Source: Candidatus Micrarchaeota archaeon
Lineage (GTDB): Archaea; Micrarchaeota; Micrarchaeia; Micrarchaeales; CABMGC01
Assembly (NCBI GenBank): GCA_027319905.1
Contig: DAHVMJ010000001.1
Location: forward strand, 32,001-96,000
Length of the DNA stretch: 64,000 nt
Reading direction: 5' to 3'
The notes under the pieces are model-generated. The model saw nothing but the letters and a program-made list of their open reading frames with translations, did no database searches and was not told the DNA's origin. Position 1 is the first letter of the stretch. Every line of letters begins with the position of its first letter. A program made the translations under genes and the position numbers. Below are positions 55,885 to 64,000 of the stretch, in pieces.

Positions 55885-56202
55885 CTAGAGGTTGCTGTCG
55901 AGCCACTTCTTGAACTCGATTTTTGGCACAGCGCCGACAGACATCGCCTTTACCTCCCCTTTCTCGAAAAGCAGAGCCGTTGGTATGCTCATTATGTTGT
56001 ACTGCGCCGCTATGTCCTGGTTGTCATCTGTGTTGAGCTTCACGAACTTGACCTTCCCCTCGTACTCCTTCGATACTGCTTCGAGCACGGGAGTGAATAT
56101 CCTGCACGGCCCACACCACGGAGCCCAGTTGTCCACAACTACAGGTATCTTAGATTTTAGAACTTCGGCATCAAAATCCGCAGAGTTTACGTCTTTCACC
56201 AA
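55885..56202 (-). CDS. trxA: Thioredoxin
   Basis: WAPWCGPC, IMSIPT. Confidence 0.96.
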   Translation of the reverse strand: MVKDVNSADFDAEVLKSKIPVVVDNWAPWCGPCRIFTPVLEAVSKEYEGKVKFVKLNTDDNQDIAAQYNIMSIPTALLFEKGEVKAMSVGAVPKIEFKKWLDSNL

Positions 56203-56372
56203 AAAATCACGGATTAGTTTTATGCTGCTAAAAGTATTTATTGCTTAGTGCGCTTTATCGTTTTAATCTTCCCGTTTTCCGAGAGAGGCTGAAACGTATT
56301 AAAGGTTGTGCGTACCAAATAAATTAGTGATGAACTCTCTTCTGATTCGTGATGAAGATCTTGAGTGCTGAA

Positions 56373-56594
56373 ATGGCAACCATACCTACGCAGGCCATAA
56401 AGAGGATGGTGTTACATTCATTCGGGCTGAAAATAACTGATGACGCTGCCCGCGCCATGGCGCAAGAGCTTGAGAGGAAGGCGAAGAGGATATCCAGGTT
56501 TGCGGTAAGCAACGCGAAGAAGGAGAAGAGGAACAAGGTTACAAAGAAGGACATCGAAGAGTATGTGATGAAGATTGGTTTGGATGAGGATTAA
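56373..56594 (+). CDS. Archaeal histone-fold protein
   Basis: IPTQAIKRM...KITDDA...A...KRNKVTKKDI histone-fold pattern. Start placed at ATG 56373. Confidence 0.82.
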   Translation: MATIPTQAIKRMVLHSFGLKITDDAARAMAQELERKAKRISRFAVSNAKKEKRNKVTKKDIEEYVMKIGLDED

Positions 56595-57144
56595 GGCGTA
56601 TAGGAGTCCGGACAAGAGACTGCGCACTGCGAACTTCAGAAGCGCGCAGGGCACCGTGTTCTGCGTCGCTGAGCCGACTGCGTGGGGCACGCTGGTGAGC
56701 AAGTTCAGGATAAGCGGGGAGATGGTGGACAGGGTGGAGAACGAGCGGACCAGGAACGCGACGACAGCGCTGGATATGTACCTGACAGGCTTCGGAACGC
56801 TAGAGGTGGTGGAGACAGACAGGTTTGAACGGGTGAAGGCAAACGCCGTTTGCAGCGCGTGTGGAGGCTCAGACATAGCAAGGGAGCTCGACACGGTTCA
56901 GACAGAGGAGCTGAGAGAGACACCAGTAGTACCAATCTTCTCGTGCACGTCGTGCGGGAGCAGGTTTTGCCTTGTTAGCGACGACTACATAAAGACGCTG
57001 ATATCAAGATACTCGCGCTACATATCAATGGACAAGGGGCAGCAAGCTGGCAACGGCGCGTTCGTGGGATCGGTGAGAGACAATATAATAAGAAGTTTTG
57101 CTTCTCAGAATATAAAGGAGCTTGTGATAAAGGCGACAGCATGA
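56584..57144 (+). CDS. Hypothetical zinc-ribbon protein
   Basis: CSAC and CTSC pairs; overlaps both neighbours. Confidence 0.65.
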   Translation: MRIKAYRSPDKRLRTANFRSAQGTVFCVAEPTAWGTLVSKFRISGEMVDRVENERTRNATTALDMYLTGFGTLEVVETDRFERVKANAVCSACGGSDIARELDTVQTEELRETPVVPIFSCTSCGSRFCLVSDDYIKTLISRYSRYISMDKGQQAGNGAFVGSVRDNIIRSFASQNIKELVIKATA

Positions 57145-57377
57145 CCATAACCGTGTCGGAACTTTACGGGAAAAAGATAATATCTGGGACGGGCCACTGG
57201 ATAGGCGAGGTTGGAGAGGTCGTGATAGACCTGGAGAACGGTGCGGTATCGCATCTGCTGCTCGGGAAGATAGATGCGGCAAACGCCGGGGATATGATAA
57301 GGAGCCTGTTCAAGAACGGGATCGAGTACAAGCGCGTGAAGAAAGTTGCGGATACTGTGCTCGTAAGCGGAAGCTAA
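57141..57377 (+). CDS. PRC-barrel domain protein
   Basis: SELYGKKIISGTGHWIGEVGEVVID...VKKVADTVLV. Confidence 0.88.
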   Translation: MTITVSELYGKKIISGTGHWIGEVGEVVIDLENGAVSHLLLGKIDAANAGDMIRSLFKNGIEYKRVKKVADTVLVSGS

Positions 57378-57384
57378 CAAGCAC

Positions 57385-57519
57385 CTAATCAGTTGGAACT
57401 TCCTTTGCCAAAGAGGATCTCTTTTTCCCCAGCACCCTGTAGCCACAGTAGGGGCACCTGACAAAGTTCTTCTCCAGCGCCTTTATCTCTTTCTTACAGT
57501 GCAGACAAACGTATGCCAT
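57385..57519 (-). CDS. rpoP: RNA polymerase subunit P (Rpo12)
   Basis: Below the ORF-track cutoff: MAYVCLHCKKEIKALEKNFVRCPYCGYRVLGKKRSSLAKEVPTD. Confidence 0.92.
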   Translation of the reverse strand: MAYVCLHCKKEIKALEKNFVRCPYCGYRVLGKKRSSLAKEVPTD

Positions 57520-57523
57520 GTTA

Positions 57524-57892
57524 TCACTTCTCCTGCTTCTTCGCTGACTTGAGCCACTTTATGAACTCTTTGTGCAGCTCTGAAGCGCTAGTATCTATCA
57601 CCTTCACGTTCATTGTTGACTTGTACTCTGCGGATTCGAAGGTTATAACGGGCGTATACTTGTCCATCTTGGTAAAATGAACTTCCAGCCAGTGGATCCT
57701 GCCCTTCAGGTACTCCTTGATCACCTCATCGGTCATTGGCACGGAAGAGAAGCTGAAGAGTATGCCGGAGCACCAGTAGAGGGGCATGTTTCCCGCTGGA
57801 GTGATTCTTTCGAGCAGAAGGTCGTCCTTTGTCACCTCAATGGCCTCGTGTATGACGAGTTCCGTGGCTGGAGAGAAAAGTATCTTGACCAT
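57524..57892 (-). CDS. Hypothetical protein within exosome superoperon
   Basis: 122-aa ORF coupled to rpl37ae and rpoP; SD GGTGA. Confidence 0.78.
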   Translation of the reverse strand: MVKILFSPATELVIHEAIEVTKDDLLLERITPAGNMPLYWCSGILFSFSSVPMTDEVIKEYLKGRIHWLEVHFTKMDKYTPVITFESAEYKSTMNVKVIDTSASELHKEFIKWLKSAKKQEK

Positions 57893-58134
57893 TATTCACC
57901 CTTCTTCAGCTGGCCGAGCAGCCTTTCAACGGTTCTGCCAGCTTCGGTCTTTAGGCTGTAGGCTCCTCCGGCGAAGATCGCGCCACAGTGCTTGCACTTC
58001 CATATGCCGGTGCTCATCCTTTTCACCGCGGTTCTGCCGCAGACATCGCAAACGTAGAGGGTCTTCTTCTCCTTCGATACCGCAAGGTACCTCTTTCTGA
58101 GGTTCACCCCGTATCTTATGCTCCAGTTTGCCAA
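57892..58134 (-). CDS. rpl37ae: 50S ribosomal protein L37Ae
   Basis: RYGVNLRK, CDVC, VKRMSTGIWKCKHC, FAGGAY. TTG start after SD GGTGA. Confidence 0.95.
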   Translation of the reverse strand: MANWSIRYGVNLRKRYLAVSKEKKTLYVCDVCGRTAVKRMSTGIWKCKHCGAIFAGGAYSLKTEAGRTVERLLGQLKKGE

Positions 58135-58135
58135 A

Positions 58136-58915
58136 TCATTCACCAACAGCGCTGTCCAACATGCTCCTTAGACGCTTAGAGTTATCAAACGTTGTGTCTA
58201 TCAGGTTGGATAGCTCGGCGTAGCTGAAAGACCCGCTGAGCCCCTTTTGCATCGCCCTGATCACGTTCTCGTCGTTTGCTATGGTCAGTCTGCCTGCCAT
58301 TATCCTTTCCTCGTTGGCGTTTGGGTCCAGAAGTATATTTCTGCCTACCTTTGCGAACGTGCAAGAAGTTACCATGCCCTTCGTCTTCAGCTTGCCCAGG
58401 CTTCCCTCCCTTATGACATTGCCGTCCTCATATTTCGGCATGCGCGCGGAAAGCAGCGCGGCTGAGGACGCCAGTGTGCCTGCGTCGAAGAGGTTGCCGT
58501 CGTAGTTAAGCACGTAGATGTCAACGAACGTGCTCCAGACCTTGCCTTCCTCTATGAAGAGCGCGCCGAGGTCCACGACCTCCGCTGCCCTTATGCCTCT
58601 GTCCACCACCCTGGCGAACTCTATGGCCTCGGGGCTCGGGGGCCCGGTTTCATATTCTGCGTTTGCAAGAGGAAGAAGTTCCGCGCCAGTTATGAGCGCG
58701 CCCTCGTTTGGTTTGTCAGGCAACGGATCGCCGACATCAAGCTTCACGCCGACAAGCACTTTGGTGTTGCCTATATCAACCATGGCGGAGCCTTCCGCAT
58801 GCGGTATCTTGCCTATCTCAATCTTTATGTCCCTGTACTGCATCTGCCCGCGTTCGTGTTCGCGCATTCCTTTCCCGAGAAGTCCCAGGATGTATTCCTC
58901 GTTTTCCGCTATCAT
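58136..58915 (-). CDS. rrp42: Exosome subunit Rrp42
   Basis: AEGSAMV, GPPSPEAIEFARVVDRGIR, YDGNLFDA. Confidence 0.95.
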   Translation of the reverse strand: MIAENEEYILGLLGKGMREHERGQMQYRDIKIEIGKIPHAEGSAMVDIGNTKVLVGVKLDVGDPLPDKPNEGALITGAELLPLANAEYETGPPSPEAIEFARVVDRGIRAAEVVDLGALFIEEGKVWSTFVDIYVLNYDGNLFDAGTLASSAALLSARMPKYEDGNVIREGSLGKLKTKGMVTSCTFAKVGRNILLDPNANEERIMAGRLTIANDENVIRAMQKGLSGSFSYAELSNLIDTTFDNSKRLRSMLDSAVGE

Positions 58916-58923
58916 GCGATCAC

Positions 58924-59649
58924 CTATCTGTACCTCGCCTCCAGCGCATCGCGCTGTATCTTTGTTATGGTCTCTCCCGCCTTTTTGATCATCTGCAACG
59001 CTGAATCGAACTGCTCCTTGCTCATCGAGCCGTCCATCTGCAGTAGCAGTACCTCGTTGTTCCTTGGTGCTATCGCAACGGGCATGTCCGCGTCTGAGTA
59101 GTTGTCCTCTATCTTGTTGAGGTCAAGGAGTATCAGGTCTCCAGCTTTGCCTGCAGATACGGCGTAGGGTATGTCCTTCATCGGTATGCCGCTGCTCGCT
59201 ACCGCTGCTGCCGCGGCGGTTATCCCGGCTGCCCTCGTGCCGCCATCACTCTGCAGCACCTCTATGAATATGTCTATTTCGCTTCCGGGGAAGTTGTCGA
59301 GAAGTATGACATTTTCGAATACCTCTTTTGTGACCTTAGATATCTCTATTGCGCGCCTGTTCGGCCCTGATCTGCTGTGCTCCTCCAGGGACGAGAAGGG
59401 AGCCATCTGGTACCTGCACTTGATTATTGCTCTGTTTGGGTCCGCGATATGCTTTGGTTGCGCTTCCTTCGGCCCGTACACGGCGGCAAGCACCTTGTTG
59501 TTGCCCCATTCCAGGTACGCTGATCCTTCCGCGTTTTTGAGCGTGCCGACCTCCAACTTTATTGGCCTGAGCTCGTCAGGCACCCTGCCGTCTGTCCTCT
59601 TTCCGTTTATTATTAGTTGCGGTTTTTCTCCTGAACCTCCCATTATCAT
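58924..59649 (-). CDS. rrp41: Exosome catalytic subunit Rrp41
   Basis: RTDGR...ELRP, AAVYGPKE, RRAIEIS, QSDGGTR, LLQMDG. Confidence 0.96.
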   Translation of the reverse strand: MIMGGSGEKPQLIINGKRTDGRVPDELRPIKLEVGTLKNAEGSAYLEWGNNKVLAAVYGPKEAQPKHIADPNRAIIKCRYQMAPFSSLEEHSRSGPNRRAIEISKVTKEVFENVILLDNFPGSEIDIFIEVLQSDGGTRAAGITAAAAAVASSGIPMKDIPYAVSAGKAGDLILLDLNKIEDNYSDADMPVAIAPRNNEVLLLQMDGSMSKEQFDSALQMIKKAGETITKIQRDALEARYR

Positions 59650-60311
59650 CTACCCTTGTTTTCCAGCAGTTCGCTTATCCTTTCTGTGAGCCCACCTACA
59701 TGAGCCTCTTCCTGTATTTTTGCTATGGCCTTCTGCGCCAGCGGTACATCCTCTCCGTTGAGCCAGACTATGCCGTTGAGCCCAACAAGTATGGTGCACT
59801 TGGTGCCCGTCTCAAGCTGCCTCAGCATTGTGCTCTCCTTTCCTATTATCCTTGGCACCTTTGACGGTCTCACCTCGATGAGCTTGCCTCCCGTCAGCCT
59901 CCTCGGCCTGTCGAGTATGAGTATTATCTGGTCAGCCTCGCGCTTCACCTCCTTGACGAATGCACTGACAATGTCGCCCATATGCATTATCTCCCGTCTC
60001 TCCTCATGCCTGCCAAACCTCTCGTCCCTTCCCCCCCTTCCGCCGAATCTCGGCCTCGGAGGCGGCAGTATGAGCCCTCTGAAAGGCGAGTCCATAGAGA
60101 CGGTGTACACGTTGTTCTTAGAGTTCTCTATTATGCCAACAATGAAGTCGCCCTCTCTCGGGTACCAGACGCTCTCCAGGGGTATGAATGCGCCTCTGGA
60201 TTCGTCCATCATGCCTATGACAGTGGCGTACGTCTTGCCGTTCTCCACTATCGCGTTCTCCATCCGGACCGGGGTATCGGATATCTTGTCTCCCGGTAAT
60301 ACTATTTTCAT
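59646..60311 (-). CDS. rrp4: Exosome RNA-binding subunit Rrp4
   Basis: VLPGD, S1 domain (with an R/G-rich insert), KH motif KVPRIIGK, VGLNGIVW. Confidence 0.92.
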   Translation of the reverse strand: MKIVLPGDKISDTPVRMENAIVENGKTYATVIGMMDESRGAFIPLESVWYPREGDFIVGIIENSKNNVYTVSMDSPFRGLILPPPRPRFGGRGGRDERFGRHEERREIMHMGDIVSAFVKEVKREADQIILILDRPRRLTGGKLIEVRPSKVPRIIGKESTMLRQLETGTKCTILVGLNGIVWLNGEDVPLAQKAIAKIQEEAHVGGLTERISELLENKGR

Positions 60312-60313
60312 GT

Positions 60314-61000
60314 TCACACACTGACTATTTTTGTAATCGCGCTTCCCTTTGTAGCATTGTTTATCTTGTCAAAGAACTCACTCTGCAGGCCCGCCGGGAA
60401 CTCCAGCGTTACGAAGAGTGACCCGTCGTTGAGCCAGCGCTCTGACTTGAGCCCGTACTGCTTGAGCACGCCGTAGCTTCTGTTCGTGTACTGCGGCGCT
60501 ATGGTGACCTCCATCCTCACCGTGGAGAACTTCAGCGGCAGCTTCATGCTCAGTTTCTTGACTATCTCGTCCACCTGCTCACTTGCAGGCTTGAACGCGT
60601 CCACAGCCACCTTCGTTTCCTTCATCGCCAGCTCTATTCTCTGCGGCGTGTGAGGCGCGTTGGTGCGCGGGTCTATCGCGTTGGTTGCTATTATGTTGAC
60701 TATCTGCCTGTGCTTCTCCTCGAGCAGCTTGCCCCTCTGTTCTGTGGTGAGTGGCACGTTGCCGTGCTTCAGTATCATTCCTGCAATCTTCCCGAGGTCC
60801 TCTGTGTTGAACGCTTTCTTCAGGTTCTCCTGACTCTGCCTGTCTCCCTTGTTAGCGTCCTTGAAGACGTCCTCAACCTCCAGGGCCGAGAGCGGATCGG
60901 GAAGCTTGCCTGTTATGTAATCGTAGGCCTTGTCAGAATCAACAAAGATTTCGAAGCTTTCTCCAGCAACTATGTACTTGGCTATCACAGTCTTAGACAT
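60314..61000 (-). CDS. Ribosome maturation factor SBDS/Sdo1
   Basis: FEIFVD, VFKDANKG, LTTEQR, DPRTNAPHTPQRI. Confidence 0.95.
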   Translation of the reverse strand: MSKTVIAKYIVAGESFEIFVDSDKAYDYITGKLPDPLSALEVEDVFKDANKGDRQSQENLKKAFNTEDLGKIAGMILKHGNVPLTTEQRGKLLEEKHRQIVNIIATNAIDPRTNAPHTPQRIELAMKETKVAVDAFKPASEQVDEIVKKLSMKLPLKFSTVRMEVTIAPQYTNRSYGVLKQYGLKSERWLNDGSLFVTLEFPAGLQSEFFDKINNATKGSAITKIVSV

Positions 61001-61014
61001 GATTTCACAAACAA

Positions 61015-61710
61015 TCAGAAGTATTTTGCTATCTCTTGCTCTGTGAGGATGGTGAACTCCTTGCCCTCCTCTATGTACCCTATGTCAACGTGGTCGCTTG
61101 AGAGCTTGCCCTCGTTGATCTTGTTAAGTATCTTTATCCCAAGGTTCAGTGCGTCGTCGGTGGCCATGCCGTCCCTGTACTCCTTTGTCAGCATATCTGT
61201 CGCTATCTTCTTTCCCGAGCCTATCGCATCCGCCTTGTAGCCGAGAAGCGCTGCGTCAGGGCCCACTTCGAAGAGTCTCTTCTCGGTATCTATGCCCCCG
61301 ACCAGGAGGGAAACGCCATAGGGCCTTACTCCCCCGTAGAACGTTGCCTGAAGTATGTAATAGGAAAGCCCCTTGGCTATCGCCTCGACCGACTTGACCT
61401 CGTCGTACACCATCCTGTGGCTCTGCGCTGCTGACCTTGTCTCGTCTATGACGTGCAGGCCGTCGGCGACTATTCCGCTGTACGCCGCGCCGATGTGCGA
61501 ATCTATTCTGAACACCTTTTGCATGCTTGAGAGAACAGCCATCGGCTCGTCCACGTTCTTGTGCGCTACAAACGCGACTCCGTTCTTTGTAATCATGCCT
61601 ATCGCTGCCCCGCCCCTCCTGACAGCCTCTTTGGCGTATTCTACCTGGAAGAGCCTGCCGTCAGGGTTGAACATCACTCCTCTATCATATGCTTGTATAT
61701 TTGGGTACAC
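61015..61710 (-). CDS. psmA: Proteasome alpha subunit
   Basis: AYDRGVMFNPDGRLFQVEYAKEAV, RPYGVSLLVGG, AIGSG. Confidence 0.96.
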   Translation of the reverse strand: MYPNIQAYDRGVMFNPDGRLFQVEYAKEAVRRGGAAIGMITKNGVAFVAHKNVDEPMAVLSSMQKVFRIDSHIGAAYSGIVADGLHVIDETRSAAQSHRMVYDEVKSVEAIAKGLSYYILQATFYGGVRPYGVSLLVGGIDTEKRLFEVGPDAALLGYKADAIGSGKKIATDMLTKEYRDGMATDDALNLGIKILNKINEGKLSSDHVDIGYIEEGKEFTILTEQEIAKYF

Positions 61711-61799
61711 TTTTCCACCGTTTAACGTGAAAACAGAATAGAAGTTGTAGAAGCCAGAAGGCTATTAATTCTCTTCTCTAGTTACGGAAAGTATATTGG

Positions 61800-63749
61800 C
61801 TAACCACTATTATATACCTTTTGCTGGCTGGGCCTGAGGGCCGGGACTATGGCGGTCTGCAACGCTTTGCGCTCTCCGCTAAGCCGAAGCGCGAAAACCA
61901 AGGAGTTCGCCTTCGTCTCCAGATACAGTTCGCTTCTCTTCTTGGGCAGAGCCATATCAACCCGCTCTTCGGGCAGCCCCTGGCTACGAAGGTAGCTTAC
62001 GAACGCCTTAGGAACTTTGTTTGCGCCGTTCTTTCCGAACAGCACAACCTCGGCGCCGTGCACTGCAGCCCTCGTTTTCAGGTCCTCAAAAACGGCACTG
62101 AATATGTCAGGATCTATGAACGCGTCTGCACCCTCTACAGAATCTACAAGAAACCTGCCGCGATCGAAATAGCATATGGCGCTCCCGAGCTCGAGCGGTT
62201 TTTGATTAAGCGCGAGTGCCTCGTACCTGACGAGGATGCACTTGTCGTTGCTTGAGTATTTGACTATGTTATCCCTGTAAGGCAGGTATGCACAACACTT
62301 CTGGATATCGTTGTTGAAGTGCAAAGGATTTTTAGTTTCGCATGCAACGAGCCCATGAAGACCTGTAACGTATACTTTGTTGGTGAGAAAATCTAGTCTA
62401 TTGAACACTTCAGAAATTGAAGACCTTCTTTTTTTCTTGCCCTCTTTCGTTTCGTTGACTTCTCTTCTTTTCAGCTCGGCGTGGTCCACCGCTTTTGCAA
62501 GCACATGCGCGGCCTCACGGTAATCGGGCAGCTGCTCCAGAATCTTCGGAAGAATACTCCTGTATTCCGTTCTGAACTCATTTCGCGCCCTGTCAAGAAG
62601 CGATGACCCTACTATACCGCTGATTACGACCACGGAGTTGACTTCCCTTGCTTTGTCTTTTGATCCCACAACTGCGGTGACGGCGTGGCGCACATACTCA
62701 TTGAACATTTCCTTGCGTTCCCTGAGAGTTTTGGTCGCTATGGGGTATTCTGCCTCCATTGACTTTGCACTTGTAGCGATAAGCTTGGCTACCTCGTCTG
62801 TCTTCCTGACATGGAGCAGCATTCTAAGTTGTCCGAACGTGATGCTTTCCTGCAGTCCGTAACGCTCGCGTAGAAGTGAGAACAGGTCTGTTGATGTTAC
62901 TGCTTTCCTGTGCGTGTTACCTAAAAACTTTACAACCGCAGCTGTTACCAACAGGCTTTTGTCATCTGTAATCTTTGGGGCCCACCCGCGCCTAATTGCG
63001 CCGAACAGGTATTTTTGTGGCACCAAGACCGCGCGCCGCGCTCCGATATTTTCGATTGTGAATATTGCCTCTTCTTTTTGCTCTGGGTTTTTGAACTTAT
63101 GGAAAATGTCGTTTGCAAGCTGCGCCGCGACTATTCTGCCATTTCGAGTACGTTCGGAGGATATGAGATTTATAACCTGTTTAGAAGAGAAAAATTCGCA
63201 TTTGTTCAGATAGTCGTCAAGTAGACGTTGCTTCATTTCTTTGTAACGAGCAGCCTCTATATCTGCGTGTGTGCCTGCAGTCAACGATTCCCACTTTAAC
63301 AGGCTCTGCGCCATGACAGTGCCTTTGGCTGTAATGGCCAGGTTGCTTGCGATTTCTGCGGCTTCGTACCCTCTGTAGTTTGAAAGAGTTCTGGCTGTTT
63401 CAATCACCATTTTTGGGTTTCGGGCCACGCGCGCGATGTATGCAAGCCAGTACCCGACATCGTCTCTTTCCTTGGGTTTGTATTTCATTGGCACCGCGAG
63501 AACCTGCGGATTGAGCAGCTCGGTCCGTTCCATTTCCTCGGGGTCCAATAAGAAGTCAAGCGCCTCGTCATCGACGTCGATTAAGAAACGTGACCAAAAA
63601 TTAATTGCACGCAGCTTCTCTTCTACGGTTTTCTCTAAGCGGACCAGTCTTTCTTCCAAGCTCTCTTTGGATCCTTCTTCCTTCTTGGTCGCGTAATGGA
63701 CAACAACGAGCTTGTCTGCCTCGCTGGGCTCTCCTGCAGGTTCCCCCAT
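61800..63749 (-). CDS. Large hypothetical protein
   Basis: 649-aa ORF, visibly more AT-rich than neighbours; helical N-terminus and alpha/beta C-terminal domain. Confidence 0.75.
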   Translation of the reverse strand: MGEPAGEPSEADKLVVVHYATKKEEGSKESLEERLVRLEKTVEEKLRAINFWSRFLIDVDDEALDFLLDPEEMERTELLNPQVLAVPMKYKPKERDDVGYWLAYIARVARNPKMVIETARTLSNYRGYEAAEIASNLAITAKGTVMAQSLLKWESLTAGTHADIEAARYKEMKQRLLDDYLNKCEFFSSKQVINLISSERTRNGRIVAAQLANDIFHKFKNPEQKEEAIFTIENIGARRAVLVPQKYLFGAIRRGWAPKITDDKSLLVTAAVVKFLGNTHRKAVTSTDLFSLLRERYGLQESITFGQLRMLLHVRKTDEVAKLIATSAKSMEAEYPIATKTLRERKEMFNEYVRHAVTAVVGSKDKAREVNSVVVISGIVGSSLLDRARNEFRTEYRSILPKILEQLPDYREAAHVLAKAVDHAELKRREVNETKEGKKKRRSSISEVFNRLDFLTNKVYVTGLHGLVACETKNPLHFNNDIQKCCAYLPYRDNIVKYSSNDKCILVRYEALALNQKPLELGSAICYFDRGRFLVDSVEGADAFIDPDIFSAVFEDLKTRAAVHGAEVVLFGKNGANKVPKAFVSYLRSQGLPEERVDMALPKKRSELYLETKANSLVFALRLSGERKALQTAIVPALRPSQQKVYNSG

Positions 63750-63871
63750 GGTTCTCTGTCTTAGTGGTTTTGGACCGTTAATAAGCGTTTCTTCGATTTT
63801 GTTTGCGCGACTGAATTCCTTATTATATTAGTGCAGGGAAAAGTATCCTGTGCATTTCTGACGTGAAGAGA

Positions 63872-64000
63872 ATGGAGGAAGAGCAGGGGGCCCAGAAGGT
63901 AAAGATTGGAAACGCTGAGGTTAACGTGGTCCATCCCAGTATCTTCAACGTGGTAAAACAGAGACAGCGTATAGGAGAGAAGCTCTCTGGAGTAAAACAC
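63872..64000 (+). CDS. Probable Mrp/NBP35 P-loop ATPase, 5' fragment
   Basis: MEEEQG...VVKQRQRIGEKLSGVKH resembles the segment preceding the Mrp Walker A, which is outside the window. Confidence 0.5.
   Translation, partial: MEEEQGAQKVKIGNAEVNVVHPSIFNVVKQRQRIGEKLSGVKH

Noticed and set aside
63761..64000. Minus-strand 79-aa ORF at the window end
   Set aside because: The plus-strand frame from ATG 63872 is more protein-like and resembles an Mrp/NBP35 N-terminus.

Overview
Gene-dense archaeal chromosomal segment. Gene content (PolD, exosome, histone, SecY, AglB, DUF929/DUF4382 proteins, QSAMEYLMTYGWAIL-type LamG pilins) suggests a DPANN archaeon, most likely Micrarchaeota; this is an inference. 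Core genes include alaS, aspS, hisS, aIF-2beta, aIF-1A, RIO1, XPF, Sua5, Cgi121, r-proteins, PolD DP1/DP2, thermosome, adk/cmk and the psmA-SBDS-rrp4-rrp41-rrp42-rpl37ae-rpoP superoperon. Accessory genes are interspersed: a MoxR/vWA pair, a HIT+deaminase pair and a type IV pilus locus. RNA genes read by eye are tRNA-Ser(GCT), an intron-containing tRNA-Arg(TCT), an SRP RNA and a C/D-box sRNA. Most notable: (1) three dispersed pilin-LamG paralogues with near-invariant ends and highly divergent cores; (2) a C/D sRNA whose two guides fit 16S rRNA C1402 and the anti-SD end; (3) an SRP RNA that appears to lack helix 6; (4) a HIT-deaminase cassette bounded by an 11-bp direct repeat whose reconstructed empty site is palindromic; (5) several genes that seem to start at ATA. 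No CRISPR array, rRNA, integrase, transposase or reverse transcriptase was seen. All family calls come from motif recognition, not database searches.
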